DNA of 64,000 nucleotides from Candidatus Cloacimonadota bacterium. GTDB lineage: Bacteria; Cloacimonadota; Cloacimonadia; G963667145. The notes under the pieces are model-generated. The model was not told the origin of the DNA and made no database searches. It saw only the letters and a program-made list of their open reading frames with translations. Both the position numbers and the translations under genes were made by a program. Shown here piece by piece: positions 1 through 10,669 of this stretch (its first letter is position 1; each line of letters starts with the position of its first letter). The stretch lies in assembly GCA_963676615.1 (NCBI GenBank), contig OY781092.1, forward strand, positions 704,001 through 768,000, given 5' to 3'.

Positions 1-395
1 TTCGGAAAGCGCGCAAAATGGCGGTGATTGAAAGCGGTGCGAGCTTTACAAATTTTGTAATGATAAACCCTTTCTTTGGCGTCATAGCGCGCGTGAAAAT
101 CGTCGGCAACTTGGGCGATATCTTCAACCCTCACATCTAGTGGAAGCAAACTGTTGAGCGCTTTCTTCAGATTTGCAAGCTCAATTGCGTCGATGGGAAA
201 ATCAAAATGAACTGGCTGGCAAAGAGCGTGAACCCCAGCGTCTGTGCGGCCGCTTGCGCATATCGCCACCTCTTTTTTGCAAATTTTCGCCAAAGCCGTC
301 TCGACAACCTCTTGTATCGACAATCCGTTGATTTGGCGCTGCATACCGACATAGTTTGTCCCGTCGTATGCCAAAATCGCCTTAACTCGCCTCAC
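1..395 (-). CDS. truA: tRNA pseudouridine(38-40) synthase, 5' part (runs off window start)
   Basis: Not in the ORF track. Manual translation from GTG at 395 gives MRRVKAILAYDGTNYVGMQRQ...ASGRTDAGVHA...DFHARYDA. GTGA overlap with the dinG stop. Confidence 0.95.
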   Translation of the reverse strand, partial: MRRVKAILAYDGTNYVGMQRQINGLSIQEVVETALAKICKKEVAICASGRTDAGVHALCQPVHFDFPIDAIELANLKKALNSLLPLDVRVEDIAQVADDFHARYDAKERVYHYKICKARTAFNHRHFARFP

Positions 396-3127
396 TTTGC
401 CAGCTCCTGCAAAATTTCGCCAACCTTCGTCGGCAACTCCTTATGGTCGATGATTTCAGTCGTGGCTGGCAAAATCTGCTTGAAAAACTCGCCGTATTTT
501 TTGGTGAAAATTCTGTTGTCGTAGCTGACAAGAACGCCGTGATCTTCCTGGCTGCGAATAAGCCTACCGAAGCCTTGCTTGTATTTGAGTAGCGCCGTGG
601 GCAACATATAGTGCATAAACGGATTTTTGTTATGTTTTTGCAAAAATTCCGAAACAGCCTCCACCAGCGGATCGCTCGGCACCACAAAAGGCAACTTGTA
701 GAGTATCAAAAGCTGCAGCGCGTCGCCCGACACATCTACACCTTCCCAAAACGAGCTGGTCGCCAGCAGAACGCTCGTCTTAACCTTGGCAAACTCCTCC
801 AAAAGCGACTCTCTACTTTTTGAGCCATCTTGCGACAAAATCAGCCGATTTTTCAACTTCGCCTGCAAAAAATCGCGCGCCTTTTTAACATCGAACAAAG
901 AGGTAAACAAAATCAAGCTACCGACTTCGTTCTTTTGCAAAACGCTTAAAATGCTCTGCAAAATCTGCTCTCTGCCCAACTCTGTGCCAGGCTGCTCAAG
1001 CCCCTTTGGCACAAAAACCTTGCTCTGCCGCTTGTAATCAAAGGGCGATTCCACCGTTTGCTTCACCACCTCTTTTTGCCCCTCAAGCAAATCTAGCCCC
1101 ATTCTGCTTTCAAAAAATTTGAACTTGCCCCGCAAAGCGATTGTCGCCGAACAAAAAACAAGTGAGTCGATTTTGTCGTAAAAAATCTCTTTCAACTTCT
1201 CCCCAATCTCAATCGGCGTATAGTTTATCGAAAGCGAATAAAAATTTTCTCTGCCGCTCATCCACAGACAATAGTTATCAAAATCAGGATTTTGCAAAGT
1301 CACAAAAAACTCCAAATATTCCTGCGCATTCCTCCGAATCTCTTTCAGATTGTCGCTCAAAACATCGTAATCGGCGATCAGTCCGCTCTCTTGTTGCTCC
1401 AACAAACTTCCCAAAACGCCCAAATTCGCCTGCAATTTTTGCAATTCTCCCGCAACAATTCCAATCTCGGTCTCGCAAATTTTCTTCTTTAGTCGCAGCT
1501 TGCCATAGCTCGACCTCTCCTCAAAAAAAGAAAAAAACTCCTTAAACAAATTTTGCACAGAATCGCTATTTTTAACAATCTCTACCAAATTTTCGCTACT
1601 TTTGTCGAAACTTTTTTTGTCCGCCGCTGGAATTTTTGAGACAGCTAACTTCGATTTTAATAGCGCCAAAAATCCTTTCTGGAAGCGATTTTTGCTGTTG
1701 TGGATCGAGTCCAAAAACTTGCTTATCTGCGTGTAACTGACCTGTGGTCCCAGATACTCCAAAGCCACGCTGTGCAAGTTGTGAGCCTCGTCCACCACCA
1801 CACATTCCGCTTGCGACAAAGTCGGCATTTGCGCCAAAAGTTCGGTCAGCAAAAGCGAATGATTGATAATCGCCACATCACTTTTAGACGCCTGTGCCCT
1901 AGCTTTATACAAAAAACAGTCTCTAAAAAAAGAGCATTTTCGCTTTAAGCAAGAGTTTGGTTCGCTGCAAATCCGACTCCAAAGTCCCAAATTTGTGCCA
2001 AATCCACTATGATAGCTAATATCGCCCGTGGCGGTAAACCACGCCCAAGGCAAAATCAAAAAAAACTGCTTCAGCTGATTTAGCCCAAGCTCCAGTTGAT
2101 CGTTTTTTAGCTGGTTAAACTTTTGCAAACAAAGGTAGTTACCTCGTCCTTTAAGCAGCGCAACCTGAAAATTTATCGGCAAACTTCCCACGAGCAAAGG
2201 CACATCTTTTTTCATCAGCTGCTTTTGCAAATTGATCGTATTCGTAGAGACCACCACCTGCTTGCCCGAGCTTCGCGCATAAAGCAGCGACGGCACCAAA
2301 TACGCCAAAGACTTGCCCGTTCCTGTGCCCGCTTCTGCCAGCAAAATCTGCTTTTTCTCAAAAGCGCTGAGCACATTTTTGGACATCTGCACTTGCGGTT
2401 TTCTGGCTTGATATGTGGCAAATTTTTTGCTCAAACTTCCGCCTTTTTTGAAAAAAGCGTCCAGCTTTACAAAATCTTCTTTCTCAACAAAATGCTCAAA
2501 AAAGTTCACATCTTTTTGATATTTCCGCAAACTAGAGCCACTTAAGATACTTTGCGAAACCAAAAAATCTGACATCTCGCCAAAAAAATCTGCTCCAGCC
2601 ACTCTGGCATCTTTGCCTACATCCGCAAGCAGGCGACACAAATCAGGCGTAAATTTTTCCTGAACATAATCGATTGTTGCGACGATTAAACCCGCTAAAT
2701 TTCTCGGATAGTTTCTATTTCTTTTGACAATTTTTTCTGCCAACTCAAACCGTTGCGCCAAAGAAAGCAAAGTGTGGGAGTTTAAAAACGGAAAAATCGC
2801 TCTGGAGAGCCACAAAAAATCGATAAAGTCGTTTTCTTTCAAAAATTCGCTCAAGCCAAAATCAGCAACAACAAACAAAGGAAAGCCCTCGCACTTTTTT
2901 TTCAAATCTTGGCAAGCTTTGCTAATCTCCAAAAAAGAGGGCAAATCTAGCTCTGAGACACTAGAAAAATTACCGTAATCTTTGGAATCTAACAAAAAAT
3001 TCACTTTCTTACTGACTTTGCCATTTTGCCAAAAAAAAGCGGAAATTGAAACAGGCTTGCCGAGCAAATCGTCGCAGCCGCACATCTCGGCGACCCAAAA
3101 CGAATAATCTTCCGAAAATTTTTTCAT
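392..3127 (-). CDS. dinG: DinG/YoaA-family ATP-dependent DNA helicase with degenerate N-terminal exonuclease-like domain
   Basis: EAGTGTGKS Walker A, KGRGNYLC, Fe-S Cys cluster, DEAH, SFWEGVD, QGFGRLIRS. Confidence 0.9.
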   Translation of the reverse strand: MKKFSEDYSFWVAEMCGCDDLLGKPVSISAFFWQNGKVSKKVNFLLDSKDYGNFSSVSELDLPSFLEISKACQDLKKKCEGFPLFVVADFGLSEFLKENDFIDFLWLSRAIFPFLNSHTLLSLAQRFELAEKIVKRNRNYPRNLAGLIVATIDYVQEKFTPDLCRLLADVGKDARVAGADFFGEMSDFLVSQSILSGSSLRKYQKDVNFFEHFVEKEDFVKLDAFFKKGGSLSKKFATYQARKPQVQMSKNVLSAFEKKQILLAEAGTGTGKSLAYLVPSLLYARSSGKQVVVSTNTINLQKQLMKKDVPLLVGSLPINFQVALLKGRGNYLCLQKFNQLKNDQLELGLNQLKQFFLILPWAWFTATGDISYHSGFGTNLGLWSRICSEPNSCLKRKCSFFRDCFLYKARAQASKSDVAIINHSLLLTELLAQMPTLSQAECVVVDEAHNLHSVALEYLGPQVSYTQISKFLDSIHNSKNRFQKGFLALLKSKLAVSKIPAADKKSFDKSSENLVEIVKNSDSVQNLFKEFFSFFEERSSYGKLRLKKKICETEIGIVAGELQKLQANLGVLGSLLEQQESGLIADYDVLSDNLKEIRRNAQEYLEFFVTLQNPDFDNYCLWMSGRENFYSLSINYTPIEIGEKLKEIFYDKIDSLVFCSATIALRGKFKFFESRMGLDLLEGQKEVVKQTVESPFDYKRQSKVFVPKGLEQPGTELGREQILQSILSVLQKNEVGSLILFTSLFDVKKARDFLQAKLKNRLILSQDGSKSRESLLEEFAKVKTSVLLATSSFWEGVDVSGDALQLLILYKLPFVVPSDPLVEAVSEFLQKHNKNPFMHYMLPTALLKYKQGFGRLIRSQEDHGVLVSYDNRIFTKKYGEFFKQILPATTEIIDHKELPTKVGEILQELAK

Positions 3128-4161
3128 AAAATCAGCATCGCATCGCCATAACTAAAAAATCTGTAGCCGTTTGCAACCGCTTTTTGATACGCCCGCATCG
3201 TGTTTTCGTAGCCTGCAAACCCCGCAACCATCATAATCAGCGTCGATTCTGGCAAGTGAAAATTGGTCAGCATACCATCGACAATCGCAAAATTTTTGCC
3301 TGGATAAAGAAAAATTTCGGTCTCTTTTACGCCACAACCGACTTTTCCGCTAGAATCAGCAAAACTTTCTAAAGTCCGCACAGATGTTGATCCCACAGCA
3401 ATTACCCGACCTCCAGCTTTTTTCGTTTCGTTTATCAAATCGGCTGTCGACGCGTCAATTTTGCAAAATTCGCAATGCATTTTATGATCTAAAATGTTGG
3501 AAGCGCTCACTGGCAAAAAAGTCCCCAAACCGACATGCAAAGTGACATAAGCGATTTGAACGCCTTTTTTTTTGAGGCTTTCGAGTTTTTCTTGAGTGAA
3601 ATGCAAACCCGCCGTAGGAGACGCAACCGAGCCGTTTTCTTTGGCATAAACCGTCTGATATCGGTCTTTGTCCAAATCGTCTGCTTGCCTTTTAATGTAT
3701 GGCGGAAGCGGCATTTTCCCGACGCTCTCCAGCAGGTTTTTCACCTTTTGTCCGCTGGGCGCAAAAAATTTCACCGTGTTGACCTGCCCATCTTTGCTGA
3801 CAATCTCGGCTCTTAAACCTTTGTCAAAAATCACCGTGTGACCGACTTTTAGGCGAGCGGCAGGCCGCAGCAAACATTGCCAAATGTCGCCATTTAGCTC
3901 TTTGAGCAGAAAAATCTCGACGGCTGCTCCTGTAGATTTGTGGCCAAAAAGGCGGGCAGGAATAACTTTGCTTTGGTTGAGCACCAACAAATCGCCCGCT
4001 AACAAAAAATCATCGATTTGGGCAAACTGCAAATCAAGGCTTTCTCCACTGTTTCTATCCAAAAACATCAAACGGCTCTCGCCCCTATTTTTGGCTGGAG
4101 ACTGCGCAATTTGCTCCTCAGGAAGCTCGAACCGATAACTTTTTGTGCTTAGAAAATCTAT
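3124..4161 (-). CDS. queA: S-adenosylmethionine:tRNA ribosyltransferase-isomerase
   Basis: MPLPPYIKR, YQTVYA, PTAGLHF, LHVGLGTF, TNFHLPEST, YRFFSYGDAM. The conserved N-terminus (YRFELPEEQIAQ) extends above the track start at 4071 to an ATA at 4161. Confidence 0.93.
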   Translation of the reverse strand: MDFLSTKSYRFELPEEQIAQSPAKNRGESRLMFLDRNSGESLDLQFAQIDDFLLAGDLLVLNQSKVIPARLFGHKSTGAAVEIFLLKELNGDIWQCLLRPAARLKVGHTVIFDKGLRAEIVSKDGQVNTVKFFAPSGQKVKNLLESVGKMPLPPYIKRQADDLDKDRYQTVYAKENGSVASPTAGLHFTQEKLESLKKKGVQIAYVTLHVGLGTFLPVSASNILDHKMHCEFCKIDASTADLINETKKAGGRVIAVGSTSVRTLESFADSSGKVGCGVKETEIFLYPGKNFAIVDGMLTNFHLPESTLIMMVAGFAGYENTMRAYQKAVANGYRFFSYGDAMLIL

Positions 4162-4931
4162 TTTTCCACCTTACGCAAGATCGCCTTGAACTTGCCAAAC
4201 AGAAACTCGCTTTCCAGCAAAATCGGTATTTTTTGCTCGTCCGCAGTCAGATACATATAAATCTTTCCCTCGTTTTTGAACAACGCATTATTTGCCAAAA
4301 CCGGACGCACCTTATAGCACTCAACCTCTTTGTCAAAATACGGCGAATAAATTTTTTCTTTGCCCAAAAAAACAGCTTTAGCAAGATAATTGTCGCCATC
4401 GGCAGTAACATTGATATAAAAAGGTTCGTTGGAATCCAGATAGCTGTCGATTTCTTGCATCCTCGTTAGGTAAAAACAGGACAAAATATCTTGCGTCCCT
4501 GCCGAAATCTTCATCATCTTGTCGCTATATTTTTTTGTCTCAAAGTCGTATTTTTTGTAGAGACTCAACTTCTTGTCGTGAAAATAGTAGTGCGTTCGCT
4601 TTTGCCGATAGCTACCCTCGCTCAAATTTTTGCTAAACTCCAGTGGCACCTTTTTCTTTATGTCCCAAATCGATGTAATCGAGTCGCGCACTTTGTAAAA
4701 AACATCAAAAAAACTGTTAGTCTTCGCCGTGGAAACGATTTTGTAAACTTTAATCGTGTCGCCATTTTCAAACAAGAAATCGTTGTAATTTTCTTCGGAG
4801 ATGCTCAAAGTCGCCTCTCCTGCCGTAATCATTCCGTATTCAAGCGAAAAAGTTAGCTTTTCGGGGACAGTGAAACAAAAAATACCACCAAAAAATAACA
4901 AATTTGATAGTATCAATAAAAATTTTTTCAT
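4158..4931 (-). CDS. Exported protein, DUF3108-like
   Basis: Signal peptide, EKL.F.L.YG.ITAG.AT start, D.LS.FY..R motif, C-terminal Y.T.D..KIP..LES...FG. Confidence 0.65.
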   Translation of the reverse strand: MKKFLLILSNLLFFGGIFCFTVPEKLTFSLEYGMITAGEATLSISEENYNDFLFENGDTIKVYKIVSTAKTNSFFDVFYKVRDSITSIWDIKKKVPLEFSKNLSEGSYRQKRTHYYFHDKKLSLYKKYDFETKKYSDKMMKISAGTQDILSCFYLTRMQEIDSYLDSNEPFYINVTADGDNYLAKAVFLGKEKIYSPYFDKEVECYKVRPVLANNALFKNEGKIYMYLTADEQKIPILLESEFLFGKFKAILRKVEK

Positions 4932-4939
4932 AAAAAAAC

Positions 4940-4982
4940 GCTCCTTAGCCGTCTTTTTTTCTAAAAAAAATAACTAAGGAGC
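4940..4982 (-). terminator. Probable intrinsic terminator after HU-bS22
   Basis: GCTCCTTAG...CTAAGGAGC inverted repeat followed by a T-run on the minus strand. Confidence 0.5.
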
Positions 4983-4991
4983 TAGGATAAA

Positions 4992-5087
4992 TTATTTGTT
5001 TTTCTTTTTGTGTCTATCTTTACGAAGTCTTTTTTTTCTTTTGTGAGTGCTAATTTTACTTCTTTTTCTTTTTCTTCCGCAAGGCAT
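4992..5087 (-). CDS. 30S ribosomal protein bS22 (AURKAIP1/COX24/mS38-like), 31 aa
   Basis: Manual translation MPCGRKRKRSKISTHKRKKRLRKDRHKKKNK with an AGGAG RBS upstream. Below the track cutoff. Confidence 0.88.
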   Translation of the reverse strand: MPCGRKRKRSKISTHKRKKRLRKDRHKKKNK

Positions 5088-5103
5088 TATCATCTACTCC
5101 TAA

Positions 5104-5400
5104 TTAAGATTTATTACTGTTAATCACATCTTCTTTAAAAGATTTTGAAAACTTAAAAGTCGGCACAACGCGAGTCGGAATATCGACCTCTACCCCAGTT
5201 TTTGGGTTTCTGCCAATGCCCGCTTTTCTCACTTTATTTCTGAAAGTTCCAAACCCTCTAATCTCAATGTGGCTCCCTTCTTTCAGGCTCTCAATAGTTG
5301 ACTCCAAAAAAGCGTCGACCACTATCGCAACATCTTTTCTAATAATTCCTGTATCTCTAGAAATTTTTTGAACTAAGTTTGCTTTTGTCATTTTCATCAT
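5104..5400 (-). CDS. hup: HU/IHF family DNA-binding protein
   Basis: MTKANLV...IEIRGFGTF...GRNPKTG...PTFK. Confidence 0.93.
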   Translation of the reverse strand: MMKMTKANLVQKISRDTGIIRKDVAIVVDAFLESTIESLKEGSHIEIRGFGTFRNKVRKAGIGRNPKTGVEVDIPTRVVPTFKFSKSFKEDVINSNKS

Positions 5401-5490
5401 CCTTATATCTAATCTCTTTCAACTCAACTTTTTATCTACCCCCATTCTGTCAAGAATAAAAAAGCTTGAGCGTTTTTTTTTGCCTAAAAT

Positions 5491-6405
5491 TTAGTGTTTA
5501 TCCAAAAAAGTTGCCAAAGCGATTGAATACAATTTCGTTTGAGTGCTGTCGCCTCTGGAAGCTAAAACGCAAGGAACACTAGTGCCCATCACCACTGCGG
5601 CAAAACCAGCGCCTGTAAATTTGCAAACTGTTTTATAAAAAACATTTCCCGCTTCAATAGCATTAAACAGCAGGCAGTCCGCATCGCCAGCCACTTCCGA
5701 CTTCACGCCTTTGATATCTGCTGACTCTTTGTCTATCGCCACATCCAGCGCCAAAGGTCCGTCGATTATGCAGTTTTTGATTTGCCCACGATCCGCCATT
5801 TTGGAGAGCATCGCCGCTTCCACGCAAGACGGAATTTTGTGTTGCATCTTCTCGATAGCCGCTATCGGCGCAATTTTTGGTTTTTCAATTCCCAAAGCTC
5901 TGGCAAATTTTGTCAGATAGTTCGCCATAGCCACTTTTTGCTCAAAAGTCGGCGCAGGGATTACCGCTCCGTCGGAAAACATCAGCAATTTGTGATACGC
6001 AGGAATTTCGGCAACTCCGATGTGCGACAACACAGATTTGGGCGGCAAAAGCCCCTTTTCTTTGTCCAAAATCGCCCGCAAATAATTATCGGAAGAGATC
6101 AATCCTTTCATAATAATATCGCCCTTCCCCTCTCGTATCAGAGCCACAGCTCGTCTGCCAGCGGTAACTTCGTCCGGTTCGTTGACAATTGTGTAAATTT
6201 TTGGATCGATATTATCTTGTTCACATACTTCCAAAATTTTGCTCTTGTCTCCCACCAAAGTCACTTCCACAATCCCCATTTTGATGGCTTTGCTGGTCGC
6301 CTCTATCGAGTGCGAATCTTGCCCAAAAGCCACTACCAGCCTTTTTTTTGTGGTCGTTTTTGCAGCCTCTTCCATCGCCATTTCCAAACTTGTAATCGGT
6401 TTCAT
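5491..6405 (-). CDS. ptb: Phosphate butyryltransferase / phosphate acyltransferase
   Basis: IIMKGLI, LSH, DGPLALDVAI, IEAGNVFYK, LASRGDS. Confidence 0.85.
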   Translation of the reverse strand: MKPITSLEMAMEEAAKTTTKKRLVVAFGQDSHSIEATSKAIKMGIVEVTLVGDKSKILEVCEQDNIDPKIYTIVNEPDEVTAGRRAVALIREGKGDIIMKGLISSDNYLRAILDKEKGLLPPKSVLSHIGVAEIPAYHKLLMFSDGAVIPAPTFEQKVAMANYLTKFARALGIEKPKIAPIAAIEKMQHKIPSCVEAAMLSKMADRGQIKNCIIDGPLALDVAIDKESADIKGVKSEVAGDADCLLFNAIEAGNVFYKTVCKFTGAGFAAVVMGTSVPCVLASRGDSTQTKLYSIALATFLDKH

Positions 6406-6546
6406 CTATCTCTACCTCATCTAAATTTTATTCTACTAGACAATGAACAAAAGCGTTTAGCCGTGTCAACGAAAAAAAACAAACAGCAAAAAAAACACTC
6501 CAAAAAAATTAATTTTTGAAGTGTTTGAATTTTAAAATTTGAATGC

Positions 6547-7776
6547 TTAAATCAACGCCAATAAAACTCCCGCAGCTACCGCAGAGCCAATCACGCCAGC
6601 GACATTAGGTCCCATTGCGTGCATCAGCAAAAAGTTCGAGCGATTCTCCATTTGTCCGACTTTGTTCACCACTCTGGCTGCCATCGGCACAGCAGAAACT
6701 CCCGCAGCACCAATCAGCGGATTTACTTTGCCGCCGCTAATCTTGCACATCAATTTACCCAGCAAAACGCCAGCTGTCGTTCCTACAATAAAAGCCACAA
6801 GCCCCAAAAACAAAATGCAGATTGTGTTGAAGTTCAAAAAATTGCCCGCAGCCAATTTGCTGCCAACTCCGAGTCCCAAAAAAATCGTTACGATGTTCAT
6901 AAGCTCGTTTTGAGCCGCTTTGCTAAGGCGTTCCACAACTCCGCACTCCTTGAGCAAATTGCCCAAAGTAATCATTCCGATCAGCGGAGTGGCAGACGGC
7001 AAAAATAACGCGCACACAGCCAGCAAAATCAGAGGGAACAAAACTTTCTCGATTTTTTTCACAGGTCGCAAAGTTTTCATATGTATCGACCTTTCCTCTT
7101 TAGTTGTGAAAAATTTCATAATCGGCGGCTGAATAATCGGCACCAAAGCCATATACGAATAAGCCGCAACGGCGATAGGTCCCAGCAGTTCGGGCTTTAG
7201 ACGAGAAGTCACAAAAATCGAAGTTGGTCCATCTGCTCCACCGATAATGCCGATCGAGCCAGCGGCTGCCAAATCGAAGCCGTGAAAACCAAGAGCTGGA
7301 ATTGGCGGCAAAAGCAACGCTCCAAGCAAAGCAAAGAAAATGCCAAACTGTGCCGCAGCTCCCAAAAGCAAAGTTTTCGGATTGGCAATCAGCGGTCCAA
7401 AATCGGTCATCGCCCCTATTCCCATAAAAATAAGAAGCGGAAAAACACCAGTTTTGATGCCAATATCATACACATACCGCAAAATGCCCTGAGCCTCCAT
7501 AAAGCCCGCAAAAGGGATGTTCGCCAAAATCGCGCCAAAAGCCATCGGCACCAAAATAAGCGGCTCGAACTCCTTCTCGATGCCCAAATAAAGCAAAACC
7601 AGTCCGACGCCAATCATCACCAGATTTTTCCAGCCTCCACAATCGAAAAACCCTTTTATTCCAGAGCCTTCGTAAAGTTGAGCAAATCCGTTAGCGATAG
7701 AAAAATCTTGATTTGCAAAAAGTGAGGCGCAAGTTAAAATCAAAAACAACGCAACTGTAATTTTTTTTAAATTCAT
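6547..7776 (-). CDS. oadB: Na+-translocating decarboxylase beta subunit
   Basis: [61 protein letters not shown]. Confidence 0.95.
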   Translation of the reverse strand: MNLKKITVALFLILTCASLFANQDFSIANGFAQLYEGSGIKGFFDCGGWKNLVMIGVGLVLLYLGIEKEFEPLILVPMAFGAILANIPFAGFMEAQGILRYVYDIGIKTGVFPLLIFMGIGAMTDFGPLIANPKTLLLGAAAQFGIFFALLGALLLPPIPALGFHGFDLAAAGSIGIIGGADGPTSIFVTSRLKPELLGPIAVAAYSYMALVPIIQPPIMKFFTTKEERSIHMKTLRPVKKIEKVLFPLILLAVCALFLPSATPLIGMITLGNLLKECGVVERLSKAAQNELMNIVTIFLGLGVGSKLAAGNFLNFNTICILFLGLVAFIVGTTAGVLLGKLMCKISGGKVNPLIGAAGVSAVPMAARVVNKVGQMENRSNFLLMHAMGPNVAGVIGSAVAAGVLLALI

Positions 7777-7799
7777 AAATAAAACCTTGAAAAAATCAA

Positions 7800-9644
7800 T
7801 TATCCGATAACAAAAAGAGGGTCGCCCTCGGCTACGGTGTCTCCTTTGTTTACCAAAATCTCTTTGATAACTCCAGCAGATTCGGCAAAAATATCGTTCT
7901 CCATTTTCATTGCCTCAAGCACCAAAACCACGGTGTCTTCGCTAACTTGATCGCCAACAGAAACGCTGATAGAAGCGATTTGCCCAGCAATCGGAGACGC
8001 AACTTTGTTGCCAGAAGCGCTGCTGACAGGAGCACTCGGCGCAGGTTTAGCTGGGGCAGCTGGCTTCACAGGAGCTTTTGGCGCAGCCTTTGGAGCCGAA
8101 ACCACAGGCTTTACCGAAGCCGCACTTCCGCTAGGTCTTACATTTACACTATATTCTTTTCCGTTCACCGTTACGATTAAATTTTCTGCCATTTTTTCTC
8201 CTTTGGAAGAGTTAGATTTTTCAGATTTCACATCATTTTCTTTGTAATATATCGCCTCTTTTGCCTCACCTTTCAAAAAAGCAACGCCTTTTTCTTTGCA
8301 AGTGGCAGCGATAAAAATATTTTCTTGAGTCTCTTTAATGTTGTTCTCTTGCAACATCTTTTTTGCCGCTGGAACGCCATCGCTCAAAATATCCAGCGGT
8401 TTGCCACTGAACGGAGGCTTCTTTAGCTGTTTTTCGGCAAGAGCAACAATCTCCGCATCGGCTGGTCTTGGCGTTGAACCAAAATAGCCAAGCACCATAT
8501 TGCCATAGCCGTCGGTGATTTTCTTCCAACGACCTTGGGTGACATTCACAAAAGCTTGCTGGAAATAGAACTGGCTCACGGGCGTAACGCTAGTGCCGAA
8601 ACCGCCCTTTGCCACCACCTCTGCCATCTCGTCGATAACCTGCGGGAAAAGATGCAAAGTTTTGGTGTCGCGCATCATCATCGTATTGGCTGTCAAAGCT
8701 CCACCTGGCATCGGCGAGAGCACAATGTTCGCCGCAGTTTGTTTCGCCTCAAGCGGCATCATATATTTACTCATACAATCTTCAAAAACTTTGCGAGACT
8801 GCAAAAGTTTTTTGTAATCTACATCCAGCGTGTAATCTGTGCCCTTTAAGATGTGCCAAATCGACAAAATATCTGGCTGACCCGTTCCACCAGAAACTGG
8901 CGATTGTGCGACATCGATGCCGTCGATACCCGCTTCGATAGCCGCCATTATGCAGTTTGTGCCGATTCCTGCCGTTGCGTGAGTGTGAAACCACAAAGTC
9001 GCTTTGTCGCCCAACTTTTGGCGAGCTTGTTTCACCGTCTCAAAGACGATTTTTGGCGGACAAGTTCCCGAAGCGTCCTTGAAAACCAAAGAGTCAAACG
9101 GAATATTTTTCGCCAAAATCTCGTCTAGTTTCTCCATATAAAACTTTGCGGTGTGCACGCCCGAGTCGATTAAGCCGGGAGCTAGCCCCATCAAAGTAAT
9201 CGTTATTTGGTGATGCAACCCTTCGCCAGAGATGCAATTTCCAGAATAGTTCAGGTTCTCCATATCGTTCAGAGCGTCAAAGTTTCTGATGTGCGTGGTT
9301 CCGTGCTTTTTGAAAAGTTGAGCGTGCATTTTGATGATATCTTTGGGCTGTTGCGAGAGTCCGACAACATTTATACCCCGTGCCAAAGTTTGCAGTTTCA
9401 CCTTCGGTCCAACGGTCTTGCGCACTTTGTCCATCATATCAAAAGCGCTTTCGTTACAATAAAAAAAGAGACTCTGAAATCTGGCTCCTCCGCCAAACTC
9501 AAAGTGCTCTATGCCCGCTTCCACCGACGCCTTGATGGCTGGCAAAAAATCTTCGGTCTTAACCCTAGCACCATATACAGACTGGAAACCATCCCGAAAG
9601 GATGTGTCCATAAACTTTATTTTTTTCAACGACATTAAACTCAC
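7800..9644 (-). CDS. oadA: Oxaloacetate decarboxylase alpha subunit (carboxyltransferase + biotin carrier)
   Basis: [23 protein letters not shown], Pro/Ala linker, EAMKMEN biotin site. Confidence 0.9.
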   Translation of the reverse strand: MSLMSLKKIKFMDTSFRDGFQSVYGARVKTEDFLPAIKASVEAGIEHFEFGGGARFQSLFFYCNESAFDMMDKVRKTVGPKVKLQTLARGINVVGLSQQPKDIIKMHAQLFKKHGTTHIRNFDALNDMENLNYSGNCISGEGLHHQITITLMGLAPGLIDSGVHTAKFYMEKLDEILAKNIPFDSLVFKDASGTCPPKIVFETVKQARQKLGDKATLWFHTHATAGIGTNCIMAAIEAGIDGIDVAQSPVSGGTGQPDILSIWHILKGTDYTLDVDYKKLLQSRKVFEDCMSKYMMPLEAKQTAANIVLSPMPGGALTANTMMMRDTKTLHLFPQVIDEMAEVVAKGGFGTSVTPVSQFYFQQAFVNVTQGRWKKITDGYGNMVLGYFGSTPRPADAEIVALAEKQLKKPPFSGKPLDILSDGVPAAKKMLQENNIKETQENIFIAATCKEKGVAFLKGEAKEAIYYKENDVKSEKSNSSKGEKMAENLIVTVNGKEYSVNVRPSGSAASVKPVVSAPKAAPKAPVKPAAPAKPAPSAPVSSASGNKVASPIAGQIASISVSVGDQVSEDTVVLVLEAMKMENDIFAESAGVIKEILVNKGDTVAEGDPLFVIG

Positions 9645-9653
9645 CTTTTCCTT

Positions 9654-9881
9654 TTAATTTTTACAATACCACGCAGCCGCGCTAATCACAGCCGCCAGCT
9701 CCTGCTCACTGGAACTTTCGTCCTCTTTTTCGCCCGACACAAGCAAAGGCTCGGGATTAAACTTGAGGTGAAATTTGTGAATCAGCGCCGTGCTAATTGT
9801 CATCGACAAATAAATTATCATCAAAAAAGCGAAGACGATAATCATTCCCAAAATCATAATATTAAGACCGTCAATAAACAT
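9654..9881 (-). CDS. oadG: Decarboxylase gamma subunit
   Basis: G..I.ILGM.IVF.FL TM helix, E..AVISAA tail, located upstream of oadA. Confidence 0.85.
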   Translation of the reverse strand: MFIDGLNIMILGMIIVFAFLMIIYLSMTISTALIHKFHLKFNPEPLLVSGEKEDESSSEQELAAVISAAAWYCKN

Positions 9882-9991
9882 TACTACTCCTAATTACTTT
9901 TTCCCATAAATTTTTAACGCCAAAAAAATTGTCAAACGATTTTACTTAATAATTTTGCAAAATTTTGGTTTTCGGCAAATTTGCTTTTCCT

Positions 9992-10669
9992 TTAAAGAAA
10001 AAAATAGCCCAAAATGCCTGCGATCAGCAAAGCTGGCAACATATTGGCGATAGCCAACTTTTTCACCTCCAAAATCGTAAGCCCGAGTCCCAAGAGGATA
10101 ACGCCTCCCACAGCTCCAATCTGCTCAATGACAGCCTCTGGCAAAAAATCGCCATAGTAAAAAACAAGCGCCGTGAGCAGCCCTTGCACCAAAAAAATCG
10201 CAAAAGCAGAAAAAATCACGCCTCTGCCAAAAGAAGCCGCCAGCACAATCGAGACCGTGCCGTCCATAATCGCCTTGGTATAATACAGCGTCGGTGTGCG
10301 GCCGCAGCCCTCTTCTATCGCACCCAAAATCACCATCGAGCCCGTGCAAAAAAGCAAAGTTGAGGTGATAAATCCTTGCACAAAATGGCTGCCCTCTCCG
10401 CCAACTTTCGTGTGCAAAAAAGCCGCAAAGCGATCCAAAAGTTTTTGCACACCCACAATTTGCCCCAAAATCGCTCCCAAAACCAGCGAAAGCACCATCA
10501 GCAAAACGCTCTGCCCCTGCAGCGCCATCTTCACGCCCAGATAAACGACAAAAATTCCCATCACCTGAAAAATTATCTCGGTCGATTTTTTGGAGAGCTT
10601 CGATTTGAGCAAAATTCCCAAAACGCTGCCAATCAAAACCGTTGCCGTGTTTACCAAAGTCCCTGTCAT
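9992..10669 (-). CDS. DUF554 (YdfK-like) membrane protein
   Basis: GTLVN..TVL.GS, GF..STLLFC.GSM.ILG...EG, KAIMDG, ANMLPAL. Confidence 0.88.
   Translation of the reverse strand: MTGTLVNTATVLIGSVLGILLKSKLSKKSTEIIFQVMGIFVVYLGVKMALQGQSVLLMVLSLVLGAILGQIVGVQKLLDRFAAFLHTKVGGEGSHFVQGFITSTLLFCTGSMVILGAIEEGCGRTPTLYYTKAIMDGTVSIVLAASFGRGVIFSAFAIFLVQGLLTALVFYYGDFLPEAVIEQIGAVGGVILLGLGLTILEVKKLAIANMLPALLIAGILGYFFL

Noticed and set aside
8020..8130. Repetitive Pro/Ala/Lys-coding stretch in oadA, and the GGM repeats ending groEL
   Set aside because: Ordinary biotin-domain linker and chaperonin tail.
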